Positions 1 through 12,324 are shown, numbered from the stretch's first letter. The stretch is 64,000 nt of DNA from Octopus sinensis (GCF_006345805.1 NW_021833040.1:24425-88424); one strand, 5' to 3'. Notes: a model not told the origin generated them from the letters alone. Program-made: numbers and translations.

Positions 1-860
1 ATTCTATATTAAATGTTCTTCATGGGGAAACTAAATGCATTATATCTTCCGCTGCAATATTTTATCTTGACTGTACATTTCCTGGTGAAATTAACAATAA
101 TATGATTCTTGTATTCACATTCGTACTGCGAGTATCAATCTATTTTAAATTTTCATTATGACTTTAGTCCATAAATTTAACTAAGTTCACCAAGTGATTC
201 TTCTATATTGTAATTTGAAATGCAATATTTTCGAAAAGAAGAAACAGAACATAGATCTGATTCTTTATCTTTAACGTAGATATTTAATAGAAATATCATT
301 CTTCAATTTATTTTAAGCTGGCTAACATTACCATTCTTCTGATTCCCATTTAAATCATTCTTTATTGACGAACATTTTCTAATCAAAATGTCGAAATATA
401 TTATTTTCAGTTGTTAGATTAAACACGTGTATTTCATATTAATGTTACACAATTTTCTACCTTCACCATTTTCTCATTCACTTGCATAATATATATTTTG
501 CCTTTTACGCATTTCAGGAATAGAATGTGGACATGCTGGAGCAATGCCTTGATTAATTGACACTAGCCCTTATACATTTAAAAGACCTTCAGAAAATGTC
601 ATCTACTATATCATTGGGCCAAATGAAGCATTTGTGAGTTGATTTGATGGGCGAATAATGAAAGAAACCCCGTTATATATATATATATATAAATTGAATG
701 GAGACAAGAAGTGGAACGAACCGACAAATCGAAACGAACCTGACGCGGGGCGCTGTCAGACAATAATGTGATAATTAAAAATATATGCATACATACAAAC
801 ATATATGTACGTACCTACATCTACATGTATATATACATGCATATATAAATAAATATACGT

Positions 861-1400
861 AAGTACAGGACGCCACAACAAGACGTAGAAACGGGAAAAA
901 CAAAAATTTAACGACAAGTACAGAACAGGCTACACAAGGAAAAATCCAAAAATTTTTTACAAGAAAACAAGTACAGGACAAGCTACACAAGGAAAAATCC
1001 ACCGTCATCAGCTGTCGCTAGTTAACTCAGGCGTGTTTCGAAGGCAAGACAGGACACTCGTTAACTAGGCCTTCCTGCGAGAGAATTAAAATAAAATTCC
1101 AAGCAGCGGGGTAAAACGGGTAAGAACACAAACAGGATGTAAGAATAAAACTGCACAATAAAATACAAGATAAAAATACATGTACAAAAAATTACAAGAC
1201 GAGAAATAAAAAGGGAATACAATACGGGAAATCAAACAAACAAGAGGACAAATGAGAAAAACCAAACAGACGAAAAAGGCCTTTTTTTGGCTAGACGAAA
1301 GATGTGTGGCAGCGTAGGGAAGCAACACTTTTCTGTAGCAGAGGCAGCGTGCGAAAGAGAGAAAGTTTTTAAAGCTGGAAGTGAGAAAGAAGGAAGGTGG
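861..1400. repeat. Interspersed repeat, probably Penelope-derived and non-autonomous; related copy at 27549-27748
   Basis: Begins GTACAGGAC after a TA/CA tract, like 27556. Has a 35-bp direct repeat (914-948, 967-1001), TCATCAG (CTGATGA on minus) at 1005-1011 and GTTTCG at 1035-1040. The Penelope link is inference. Confidence 0.45.
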
Positions 1401-1439
1401 AGGGGGACACGCGGCTAAGAGAGGGGGTTTCTTTCATCA

Positions 1440-1592
1440 TATATGTATATGTGTGTGTGTGTGTATGTACATATTTCTATATGGGTGTGTGACAGAGAGA
1501 GAGATAGAGTGTTTTGTGTGTGTGAGTGAGAGAGAGAGAGTAAGTGTGTGTTCGTGTGTGTGTGTGTGTGTGTATGTGTGTGTGTGTGTGAC
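1440..1592. repeat. (TG)n/(AG)n compound microsatellite
   Basis: Directly visible. Confidence 0.9.
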
Positions 1593-1644
1593 AGTGGAAA
1601 TTTTGCGTGGATGCGACTTTGTATCGGTGTTGTCAGCGTAGATT

Positions 1645-1827
1645 TACGGCCCAGACTTTGAGACTGCATTTTTGCCTTGTATTCCTTAGGAAAGAATGCA
1701 GAATTTCTACGAGTCCATATCTTGCAGAATCCAAGCTGTAATTGCTGTCAAAGTAGCTGCTATGCCATATTAGGATAAAATTCTTTGAAATTTTAAAGTG
1801 TTTCCATTACTCTGTCGAATCCCTGTA
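1645..1827 (+). mobile_element. Tc1-like transposon 3' end (transposase C-terminus plus right TIR)
   Basis: 1681-1773 translates [29 protein letters not shown], matching the Tc1 C-terminal pattern (IP..IQNLYESIPRRIQAVIAAKGGPTPY). Followed by a TIR-like end gtgtttccatt...ccctgTA. Confidence 0.7.
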
Positions 1828-1835
1828 TATGTATT

Positions 1836-1871
<36 letters not shown>

Positions 1872-1894
1872 CACACATACATAGACACACACAC

Positions 1895-1972
<78 letters not shown>
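1828..1972. repeat. (TA)n microsatellite
   Basis: Directly visible. Confidence 0.95.
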
Positions 1973-1974
<2 letters not shown>

Positions 1975-1989
1975 TTTTATTCTCATATT

Positions 1990-2249
1990 ATTTTGCTTGT
2001 TTCAGTTGTTTGACTGCGGTCATGCTGGGACTCACGCTTTAATCGAAGAAAACCACCCCAAGACTTATTCTTTGTAAGCCTATTAATTATTCTATCGGTT
2101 TGTTTTGCCGAACCGCTACGTTACTGGAAGGTAAACATACCAACATCCTTTGTCAAGCGATGGCGGTGAGACAGGCACACTAATACGCACACACACGTAT
2201 AGCATATTTTAATTGCCTCGATGACTGAAGGTAACCGAATAATTGTTAC

Positions 2250-2292
<43 letters not shown>

Positions 2293-2453
2293 CACAGAAT
2301 TCTTTCAGTTTCCGTCTACCAAATCCTTTCACAAGGCTTTGGCCTGTCCGAGGGTATAGTGGAAGACACTTGCGCAAGATGCCACGCGATGGGAGTGATC
2401 CCGGAAGCCTGTGCTTGAGAAACGTGCTTCTTACACACAGCCACTCATGAGCC
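1990..2453 (-). mobile_element. SINE family B (tRNA head, core, internal TA/CA tract, 3' module)
   Basis: Homologous to 23119-23543 and 23951-24365. Confidence 0.85.
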
Positions 2454-2514
2454 TATACCGAACCACTCCAAAATATATGTGAACCGATGGGTGTGTGTGT
2501 GTTTGGGTGTATCT

Positions 2515-2835
2515 ATCTCTCTATCTCTCTATCCGCTTAGTCCAAGTCGACACTCGGTCACTCGTTGGATCAGTGTCCTCCAGTCAGTTCTATCCTGGGC
2601 CGCTTCTTTCAGATTGGCCATGTCCATTTTGGTATCACTCTTGATGGCGTCAAGCCAGCGGGTTCTTAGCCGGCCTCTTCCTCTCTTGCCACTGACCATT
2701 CCGAGCATGATGTCCTTCTCCAGGGATTTTCTCCGCATAATATGACCGAAATATGCCAATCTATGCTTGGTGCTCCTAGCTTCTAGCGACATTTTCGGCC
2801 TTATCTGCTTAAGAACTTCTCCATTGGGTGTATAT
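2515..2835 (-). mobile_element. RTE-clade LINE 3' fragment (ORF C-terminus)
   Basis: ORF 2529-2918 contains RLAYFGHIMRRKSLEKDIMLGMVSGKRGRGRLRTRWLDAI...AAQDRTDWR, a typical RTE/BovB-like C-terminus, and ends in a short simple-repeat tail. Confidence 0.9.
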
Positions 2836-3342
2836 AGGTATAAAATATGAGGTTTTGAGAGCATGCAATGGAAAAGACTACGACACAGGATGAAAATACA
2901 AGATAATAACGGTATCAATTTCGAAAGTGTATAGATAATAATGAAACGCTATCAAATAATAATAATAATAATAATAATGCTAGAGATTATTTTAATTAGG
3001 TAAATACTCTATGATTGCGTGTCTTCTAAACCTCAGTGAATTTCAATACTGAATATACAGAAACTCTACCATTTTCTTACAGATAAGCGAAAGACAATGT
3101 AGGTAGTTTAATAATGAATCGCAAATAAAATATCGTTGATTTGCTTTTGGAATTTGGATGAAGAACGTTAGAAGATATCAAATGACAAAGTTAAACGGAG
3201 GACCACCATGTATCTAAGAGTGTCTGCTAAGCAACATTGGGAATTGTAAATAGGCGGCGAATTTATGGAATGATAAATCCATTGTTTGTAATGATCTCCT
3301 CTGTTTATTCTGGTTTGTATGATTTTGGTCATATCTTATATA

Positions 3343-3906
3343 TCACCGTCACCGTGTCCGACCAGACTATCAGATGTTGCTATACATCTATTTCTTTACT
3401 ACACACAAGGGGCTAAACACAGAGAGGACAAACAAGGACAGACAAACGGATTTGGTCGATTATATATCGACCCCAGTGCGTAACTGGTACTTATTTAATC
3501 GACCCCGATTAAATAAGCAAAGTCGACCTCGACGGAATTTGAACTCAGAACGTAGCAGCAGACGAAATACTGCTAAGTATTTCGCCCGGCGTGCTAACGG
3601 TTCTGCCAGCTTGCCGCCTTTCTATACATCGTTGCTATACATCGTTGGTCACAATGTGCTTTGCATCGTTTTAGCCTTCAAATGACGCCACCTTGCTGGT
3701 TAAGCGAGCAGGCCAACAGAAGAAAGAGTGAGAGAAAGTTGCGGCGAAAGAATACATCAGGGACCGCCACCACCCCCTGCCGGAGCCTCGTGGGGCTTTA
3801 GGTGATTTCGCTCAATAAACACACACAACGCCCGGTCTGGGAATTGAAACCGCGATCCTTCGACCGCGAATCCGCTGCCCTAACCACTGGGCCATTGCGC
3901 CTCCAC
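3343..3906 (-). mobile_element. SINE family C, interrupted by a family A copy
   Basis: Reverse complement of the tRNA-like head (TGGCCCAGTGG A-box, GGTTTCAATTCCC B-box). The tail matches 11990-12100. Confidence 0.9.
3389..3620 (-). mobile_element. SINE family A nested in family C
   Basis: Matches 11127-11356. Flanked by the direct repeat GTTGCTATACATC (3376-3388, 3631-3643). Confidence 0.9.
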
Positions 3907-4229
3907 ATCTCATATATATATATATGTATGTATGTATGTATGTGTGTGTGTACATACATATGTGTATGTATGCATAAAACAAATTAAGAAAGAAATGGAA
4001 ACCGGAGTTGTAAGAGATACAGTGTATGGAAGATAAATTGACGGACGTAGTTCTTGATTAGGAGTTACTATATCGATCGTACAGGGGTGAAAGTTTAATT
4101 TGACTTCAAAAGGAACTGAACTCAGTGGAAGAATATAATAAGTTAAGTAATTAATGGAATGTAAATAGCAGCCCAGATATGGCAAACTACAATTTTTGCA
4201 GATCCACGCAATAATACAGACAACGAAAG

Positions 4230-4420
4230 TAGTGTTAACGGGTACGATGGCGATGAAGGAAATAATAATGACGACGATGATGATGATGGTAATGATTATG
4301 GTGGTTGTGGTGGTGACGGCGATATTGATGTTGCTTGTAGTGGTAATGGTTTTGATTATTGGATTGGCAGCGGGAGGTATTTGTTACGAGGATGATGATG
4401 ATGTTGATGGTGATGCCAAT
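4230..4420. repeat. (GAT/GGT)n degenerate trinucleotide tract
   Basis: Directly visible. Confidence 0.8.
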
Positions 4421-4792
4421 TATATCCAGGTACAGTTGTTGATCACCCGAAAAACATGATATCTTGTTGCCCTATTTTCCCCTTAAATGACGGATTGGTT
4501 ATAGATGGAATAAGTAACACTGTTTCTTTGCTCGAATAGTCACGGACCTTGTATCACAAACACCAATATTCACAATTAACAACTTATTATTTACATTTCA
4601 CCTCATATCTTATTACTTGTTTCACAAACGTAGCTCAATAAAGATCGACACTTAATCCATCCATACATTAAACGGTAGGGTCTGATTCGAGAAACCTTTA
4701 GCTACTATATCTACTAGGGTGTGTGATCGAATACAGGCCTTCGAAATAGCTCCTTATCTGAGTGTGAGTACGTATAGACAGTTTCAAATAAT

Positions 4793-5175
4793 CATTCCGT
4801 ATGTGAATGCTAATTACAGATGTGAATGCTTGTTTCTATCTTGAATGCTTATTTTAGATACGTATGAACATAACTGAAGATTTGAATTAGTGTAGAAGAT
4901 GCGAATGCTTAGTAAAGACTTAAATGGCTATTACAGACGTGAAGGGATATTACAGATGTGAATGCCTATTACGGATGTGAATATCCGTTGCAAATGTGAA
5001 TGCATATTGCGTTAGTGAATTTGTGTTGCAGATATGAATCCCTATTTCAGACGTGAATACCTATCGAAGATATCAATAGCTGTTTCTGATGTGGATGGAT
5101 ATTGCAGATATGAATGGCTATTAGAGACATCAATATCTATTGCAAGTGTAAATATCGATTACCGACATCTAAGAA
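4793..5175. repeat. Diverged 19-bp minisatellite, about 20 units
   Basis: Consecutive units such as tattacagatgtgaatgcc / tattacggatgtgaatatc / cgttgcaaatgtgaatgca / tattgcagatatgaatggc. Confidence 0.85.
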
Positions 5176-5689
5176 ATACGCCGCCATGAGAACATTCAAG
5201 AGTTAATATATGTGAAATAGATTTCGTCCGAAGCTATTCACAAAATTATATTGTTTAAATCATTATTGTAGTAAACTGGGTCAAAAGAGCGAGTAATTAA
5301 ATATTGAGTAAATATTTCAATAAAAATATCATATGAATAAAAACTGTTAAGCGAAATTACCTCAATCAAATTGTAAAGAGCTATTTAAAATATCTTGTAT
5401 TACTATATTCAAGATGTACATTAGTTACTGAGTGTGTTTGCACGAGCGAGGTTGTGTATGTGACTAACAGATTGATCTTGGCTATAAATGTCTGTGTGCA
5501 CGGAGGAATTACTACCTATGTATATGTAGATGTGGACGTTCGCTGGGGTAAGGCAGTGCTTTTTGCGTATTGAGATTGCTTCAGCGTTATTAATTACGTC
5601 TAATTAATTCTTTACAATCATTGTAGAAATATCGTTTCCTGTATGCGAGAGAATAAATTAAAGGACACAATTTTGTTGCACATAGATGT

Positions 5690-5719
5690 AAATACACACA
5701 CACACACACACACATACAT

Positions 5720-5756
<37 letters not shown>

Positions 5757-6262
5757 CATACTTATAAGTTTATGGATATATACTTACACATTTACATACA
5801 AATAAATGTAGAGATATACTTTTACATATATACATATGTATATATATACACACAGACATACATATATATATATATATATATACAGGAGAGAGAGAGCGAG
5901 AGAGAGAGAAAGAAATATATGGCTTTGTCTACATTATATATACTTGCACAATAAATATTACATATGTGTATAGAATATACATAAATGCATATATATATAT
6001 ATATATATACATCTAGGACAAATACATACTGAAAAATATACATCCATATTAATATTAATATGGTTGTGTGTGAGCACATCTATATAGGTAAAATATATAC
6101 GTATATCAATGAGCGTAATGCTTATACATAAGCTATGTATATAGGCATACACACACACACACACACACACATGCGCACAAATACATACACACATACACAC
6201 CCAAAATAGACACACATACACACGAGTATATATCCTCACATTCATATATATATATATAATAT

Positions 6263-6312
<50 letters not shown>

Positions 6313-6325
6313 TATATATGTACAT
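5690..6325. repeat. Compound (CA)n/(TA)n/(GA)n microsatellite region
   Basis: Directly visible. Confidence 0.9.
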
Positions 6326-7500
6326 GATCTTGTTTTTCTGTTCCTGAATGGCACCATATGTAATATTCAAAGCAATCTATATTTAAAAGTATTCCTTCAA
6401 TTAATTTAATAAGCCGAATTTTACTTTCTGAATGAAGATATTTATTCTATTCTAAATTTAAATGTGCTGTAACCCAGGACAATGGCTTTGCAAACAATAC
6501 TATTTTAAGATTTCTTTCCAAAATGAATTATGTAAAAGATAGTTCCATGCAGGAGCACCTTCCTTTAGATTTCCATTCTACTCTGCTTATGTTCTTCGCA
6601 AATCATTTGTTAGAAATAATAGCAATATCTTCACTAAAATCTACATTTCTTTACATATTAAGTTCCGATTTTCAATGCTATCGAGATCATTGACTTCTTA
6701 TTCACAACATCACTTTGTTGTCAAGCGCGGTGGTAAGTACACTCCATTATTTTATCGAACAAAATGTGCGAAACTTTCTTATTTTTGAACTTGTTAGTTG
6801 TAAATGTGTTGTGTGGACGCCCCCAGACGATGAATTAGACTAGCCCAATACGTAGATGTAGAGGGAGAAGTCTAGACGTCGTCAGAAAACAGTTAAGTAG
6901 CGGTGAGAGCACCACAGAGTAGAGAAATAGAATATAGTTGAGTAGAGGTCATCCGAACGTGCGACATAACAAAATGTGAAGTTTAGAACGAGAGTCAAAT
7001 ACGGAGGCATTTTTATTTCATTCCATTGTGTTCTTCGTTCAGACACCGGTAAATTCAAACTTTTATTTTCTCTATCCAGAATCGATAATTTGAATATCAA
7101 TTAAGCACCTAGGATGAAATTATTCACCAAATCATGCATCCTAAAATTTCTGTCGTTTTTTCTGTTAGAAACTTATGATAATTATTATTTAATGTAGGGC
7201 AGTATTTACTGTTTGTGACTATGCCTTCAAACAAAATCATGTTGAGTTATAACTAATGGACACCTCGTTGTGATTATCCAATAAGTATTTTATTATGACT
7301 CAACATTGCATTAAAGTATAGATGCACAATACCTAATAGAAGTCTAGAATTTTCATATTTCTAAGATTCATGATAGTTTCTCTCACTCAGGAGAAACCGA
7401 GGGCTAAATAATAACAAATTCACCAAGTATAAATTCTCCACTTTCATTTTCTGCTTTCAGAGGAATAAGAGGAGCAGCAGCACACACGAAGATTGAAAGC

Positions 7501-7543
7501 GTCCCTGAAGAGGTCACAGATGGGTGACGAAATATTTACGGAC
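7501..7543 (+). ncRNA. Minimal type-I hammerhead-like motif (Penelope-type)
   Basis: GTCC-CTGAAGA-G-GTCAC-agatgg-GTGAC-GAAA-TATTTAC-GGAC: intact core, 5-bp stem II, 4-bp stem I. The NUH register is imperfect. Confidence 0.55.
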
Positions 7544-8576
7544 AAAGGACGAGTTAGAATAAGAACAGTAATAATTTAGTGAAGAACGAATATATAGTGC
7601 GTGTGTCTATTTGACAAAAATAAAATATCACGAAATACAACAATATCTGTTTTAACATACGGTTTCACACCAGGAGTCTTACAACACAAATTCATGACCA
7701 TAATTTACTCATATTGTTTATGATATACGCGTACATCCACCGGTTCTCATGGCAAAGATACGGTCATTAGACTGTACTAAGCCTTGAACAGCACTGTTTA
7801 TCAGCCTCATAAATATGAAAGATAAATATATTCAATTAGATTTTAATTCAGCCTATAAAATGGTACTTCAGTGCTACCTGTGTGAGTGTTATCCTCAAAA
7901 TTGTATCAAATATGAATCATTTTACGTTATGCACAATCGTTACTGCTATAGGTCCAAGGAAAAAATTGCAGATAGATGAAGCGGGATTGGTCGATTAACC
8001 AAACGACGTCGAACGGATGAAAGTGGAAAATTGATATCAACGGAAACAGAGCTCAAAGCTTCAGGAACTGAGAGAAATATCGCTTGAGCCTTTTGTGTCC
8101 CTACTAACGATTCTGATATCTCGGTATCTCATGAAGTTAAAATACAAAACAAGAGCCCTCAAGAAGCGCAAACCTCCGCCAAGGCAACACCAACGTCCTC
8201 TCAGCGAGTAACCAGAGATGATTTTTAAAATGAAAATATCTGAAATAACCTCGACTTCTCTCACAAACGAGAATACGGAAAACGAACCCGACTGCTCGAT
8301 AAAATTGAGTAAAAAAAAAAAAAGAAAAAGGTAAATAATCTAGAATCCTTGTCCGGTACCAGATCGATCCCAAAATCTAATTCATTCGTACTAGTCACGA
8401 GGCCAACCGTCCCTGAAACTTTCATTTGTATCCATCCAATGGTCCTTGAGACATTTTTCCACGGAAAAACAAACAAACACCTTTGGAAGCAATACCTCCG
8501 CCTTCGCTAATCCAGAGGTGATAACAATTAGACACAGGCCTACCCGATAAGCTATTCTTCTTCTTATTATTATTAT

Positions 8577-8885
8577 TCGAGCTGGCAGCATCGTTGGCAT
8601 ACTGGACAGTATGCTTAGTGGCATTTCACCTGTCGCTACCTTCTAAGTTCAAATTCCACCGAGGTCGACTTTGCCTTTTAACATTTCGGGCAGAATCGTT
8701 TGCACGCTACACGAAATGCTTTACGATATTATGATCATCGTTCCGTTCAAATTCTGGCGAGGTCGACATTGCCATTTATCCTTTCTGGGTCGATGGAAGA
8801 AGTACCACTTGAGTACTGGGGTGGATATAATCGACTATCCTTCTCACCAAAATAATTTCAAGCCTTGTTCCTATAGTAGAAAAAG
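8577..8885 (+). mobile_element. Two tandem degenerate SINE family A copies (tail type 2)
   Basis: gagctggcagcatcgttggc...gttcaaattccaccgaggtcgactttgcc occurs twice. Confidence 0.75.
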
Positions 8886-9738
8886 TTAATATTTTGTCAG
8901 GTAGAGAGTATGAAATACGCTCTAATACAAACATGTATTACAAAAATATGTGGAAAAAATTCATCTAAGCAATCCAGTTATCGAACCATTCGCCACCTAT
9001 TTGACTTATCAGATACTGCAGGGAACGTTCCTAAATTGACGTATTACAATATATATATATATATATATATAAGGGGCGTTTATATATATATTAGTACTTG
9101 ATTGAATATGTTTGAAGAATGTCAGGAAGAGTGCAACGGCGTTGCATGGGTTTTAGCTGCATCGTGTGTTTGGCATATTTGGCACTCATTTCCTTTATGA
9201 TAACATATCGTCAACTCGAGATAGAATACGTAAATAATGTGTTCGCCCCCATATCCTCGCAAACTACGCACCAATGGGAGAAAGGGTTTAATGTTTAAGA
9301 GGATTCATCGGCTAACTCAAGCCACGATATCTCACGTTGCAACACATAGCATTGCAGAAACTACGTTATTCTTAACATGAGAAACTCTACAACTCCATGT
9401 TTAATGTAATGAAATAGCAGCATCAGAACAATGGACCAATAGATAACAACTTTTTTCCCACCCTGTGAACATCTGAATCCGAAGGAAAGCGCAGACAATA
9501 CACTTTCATCCTTGACTAAGCGATAAAAAATATATGTACTGGAATATTCATAGATTAAATCTAAAGTTGACCTGTGTAGCTTTTAAAATCAAACCTACAA
9601 AAGGATAAATAATATTGAAAATCCGTTCTGTCTCTTCTCCACAGTTCCAAGTAGCACTCTGTTCCACGAAAAGCAAGGATCTTTGCACAATTACATGTAC
9701 AGCTAACTTTATATACTGTACTTGTAAACTGCACTACC

Positions 9739-9970
9739 TATTTCTTTATTACCCACAAAGGGCTAAACATAGAGGGGACAAACATGGACATACATAGGTA
9801 TTAAGTCGATTATATCGATCCCAGTGCTTAACTGGTACTTAATTTATCGACCCCGAAAGGATGAAAGGCAAAGTCGATCTCGGCGGAATTTGAACTCACA
9901 ACGTAACGGCAGCCGAAATACCACTAAGCATTTCGCCCGACGTACTAATGATTCTGCCAGCTCGCCGCCT
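9739..9970 (-). mobile_element. SINE family A with TSD
   Basis: TSD TAAACTGCACTAC at 9725-9737 and 9973-9985. Confidence 0.92.
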
Positions 9971-10369
9971 TTTAAACTGCACTACGCCCTCTCCACTGTA
10001 ATCGTATTCACTGAACTTATTTCTCCGACCTCCCAATGTTTGTCACGCCTCAATATATCATCGACATTGCATAAAACAGTTTGTTGTAATAAAAACAAAT
10101 GAGTATAATTCAATCTGATTGCTAAAAAATACAAGATAGTCAGAATAAACCTACATAAAATTACATTTTATTAGTGACCCAAGATTTTACAGTAGCAGCA
10201 CGTAATAAAAAATACAGCGGTCGAGTTGAACGGCAGTGCGCTAAAGGTTAAAGATCCAGTGAGATATCTTCAGAAGAATAGCCAATATATTATATCGGCG
10301 CCAAAATTCCCGGTATTCTTTCAACCGTTATTATAGCAAAACCAAATATAAGTTAACGTAGGCATTCGT

Positions 10370-10449
10370 AAATATATATACATATATTTATTTATATATA
10401 TGTATACATACATACATGTATGCATATATCTATACATGTATATATTTAT

Positions 10450-10481
<32 letters not shown>

Positions 10482-10630
10482 TCATCAAATATATACCTAT
10501 AAATACACGCTTATATATATATATATATACGTGTATATATTTATATATATATAGGGAAGGAGGGAGAGATAGATAAAGAGATAGATGGAGAGATAGATAG
10601 ATGGAGAGATAGATAGATAGACACACAAAT
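10370..10630. repeat. (TA)n/(CA)n/(GATA)n microsatellites
   Basis: Directly visible. Confidence 0.9.
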
Positions 10631-11126
10631 ATTGATAGATAGGTGTATGCAATGAATGACATTTTTTGTCGTTCCTTCAAAATAAAAAGAAAGAATATGT
10701 AAAATGGTAAGGAATTCAGTATTTTGGTGTTTACAGATCTGTTAATATTGAATTACAAATGGAAAGGCAAGAAACAGGGAAAAAAATGAACGAAGACAGT
10801 TTCAGTGAAAAAAAGTTGATATTTAGTTCAATCTATTGAACATGCCTTTATTCGTCTTCATATTATTTCTTTCGCTTATTCTGAGAATGGTATTGGCTAA
10901 GGAGGAAATTTTTCGAATTTATTACCCTTGCAGGAACTGAAAATATTCACATATTTATGCCAAATTTACCATAAAATTCTTCGTTATGTATGATTCTAGT
11001 GGCAATATTGTTCCAAGTTACTGGTCCTTTCAATATGTAGGGATTTTATATATTTAATATTTCGTGAGTCTGCGCTACGCGTGCACACAAACACACACAC
11101 ATACATACATACATATATATATATAA

Positions 11127-11356
11127 GGCGGCGAGCTGCCAGAAACGTTAGCACGCCGGGCGAAATGCGTAGCCGTATTTCGTCAGTCGTTACGTTGTGA
11201 GTTCAAATTCCGCCGAGGTCGACTTTGCCTTTCATCCCTTCGGGGTCGCTAAATAAAGTACCAGTTACGCACTGGGGTCGATGTAATCGACTTAATCCCT
11301 TTGTCTGTCCGTGTTTGTCCCCTCTATGTTTAGCCCCTTGTGGGCAATAAAGAAAT
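11127..11356 (+). mobile_element. SINE family A, full length (tail type 1)
   Basis: ggcggcgagctg...gttcaaattccgccgaggtcgactttgcctttcatcc...aataaagaaa. The central part resembles the Meta/MESC SINE domain (from recollection, unverified). Confidence 0.92.
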
Positions 11357-11681
11357 ATATATATACACACACACAAGTGAGTGGTAAAGCTTAAATCGTT
11401 TCCTTACGTTTATATAACTCCAGGTCTATACATAATTAAATGGAGGCTTCTTAAACAAACGGGAGTATTTCTTCCATCAGAGGAGAGGTTATGCGCATTT
11501 GGCCATATGAGGTTTCCAGTGATTTATACTTCCAAGCGCTTTATACGTACCAGACCAATGGTCGCTCTATGACGCCGATAATATTTAACTTCGGAAAAAT
11601 GAAACTTAAAAACATATACTACTGTTCTAATTCTTCATCGTGTGTGGTTTTTCGAATATATGAACTATATATATATAAATA

Positions 11682-11716
<35 letters not shown>

Positions 11717-11780
11717 GAAGATTTAGAGAAATACGTATAATTAAATTAGGATGTTTTAATGTTGAGTATTAATTAATGCC

Positions 11781-11810
<30 letters not shown>

Positions 11811-11813
<3 letters not shown>

Positions 11814-12102
11814 GAGGCGCAATGGCCTAGTAGTTAGGGCAGTGGACTCACGGTTGTAGGATCACCGTTTCGATTCCCAGATCGAGCGTTGTGAGTATTT
11901 ATTCAGCGAAAACACATGAGGCTCCACAGGGGTGGGTGGCGATCCCTGCTGTACTCTTTCGCCACAACATTCTCTCACTCTTTCTTCTGTCTGCCTGCTC
12001 GCTTAGCCAGCGGGGTGGCGTCATTTGAAGGCTAAAACAATGCGAAGCGCATTGTGAACAGCGATGTGCAGCAGCATCTGATAGCCTTGTCGGTCACGGT
12101 GA
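11811..12102 (+). mobile_element. SINE family C (tail type 1)
   Basis: tRNA-like head gtggaggcgcaatggcctagtagttagggc...ggtttcgattccc. Confidence 0.9.
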
Positions 12103-12107
12103 TTATA

Positions 12108-12149
<42 letters not shown>

Positions 12150-12324
12150 AAATACACGAGCAGACACGCAAACACACGCACAATAACACACATACACACT
12201 AATTTATTCCATAGCATACTTTTTGACCTTGTTGAATGATGATAAAAAATACATCAGAAACAAAAGTGAAGATAATTAGTAAAGGTTGTGTATGTCTAGC
12301 ATAAACTTATTTAGCTTATATAAC

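Noticed and set aside
4793-5175. CRISPR-like regular periodicity
   Set aside because: Eukaryotic context, contiguous 19-bp units without distinct spacers, and no cas genes.
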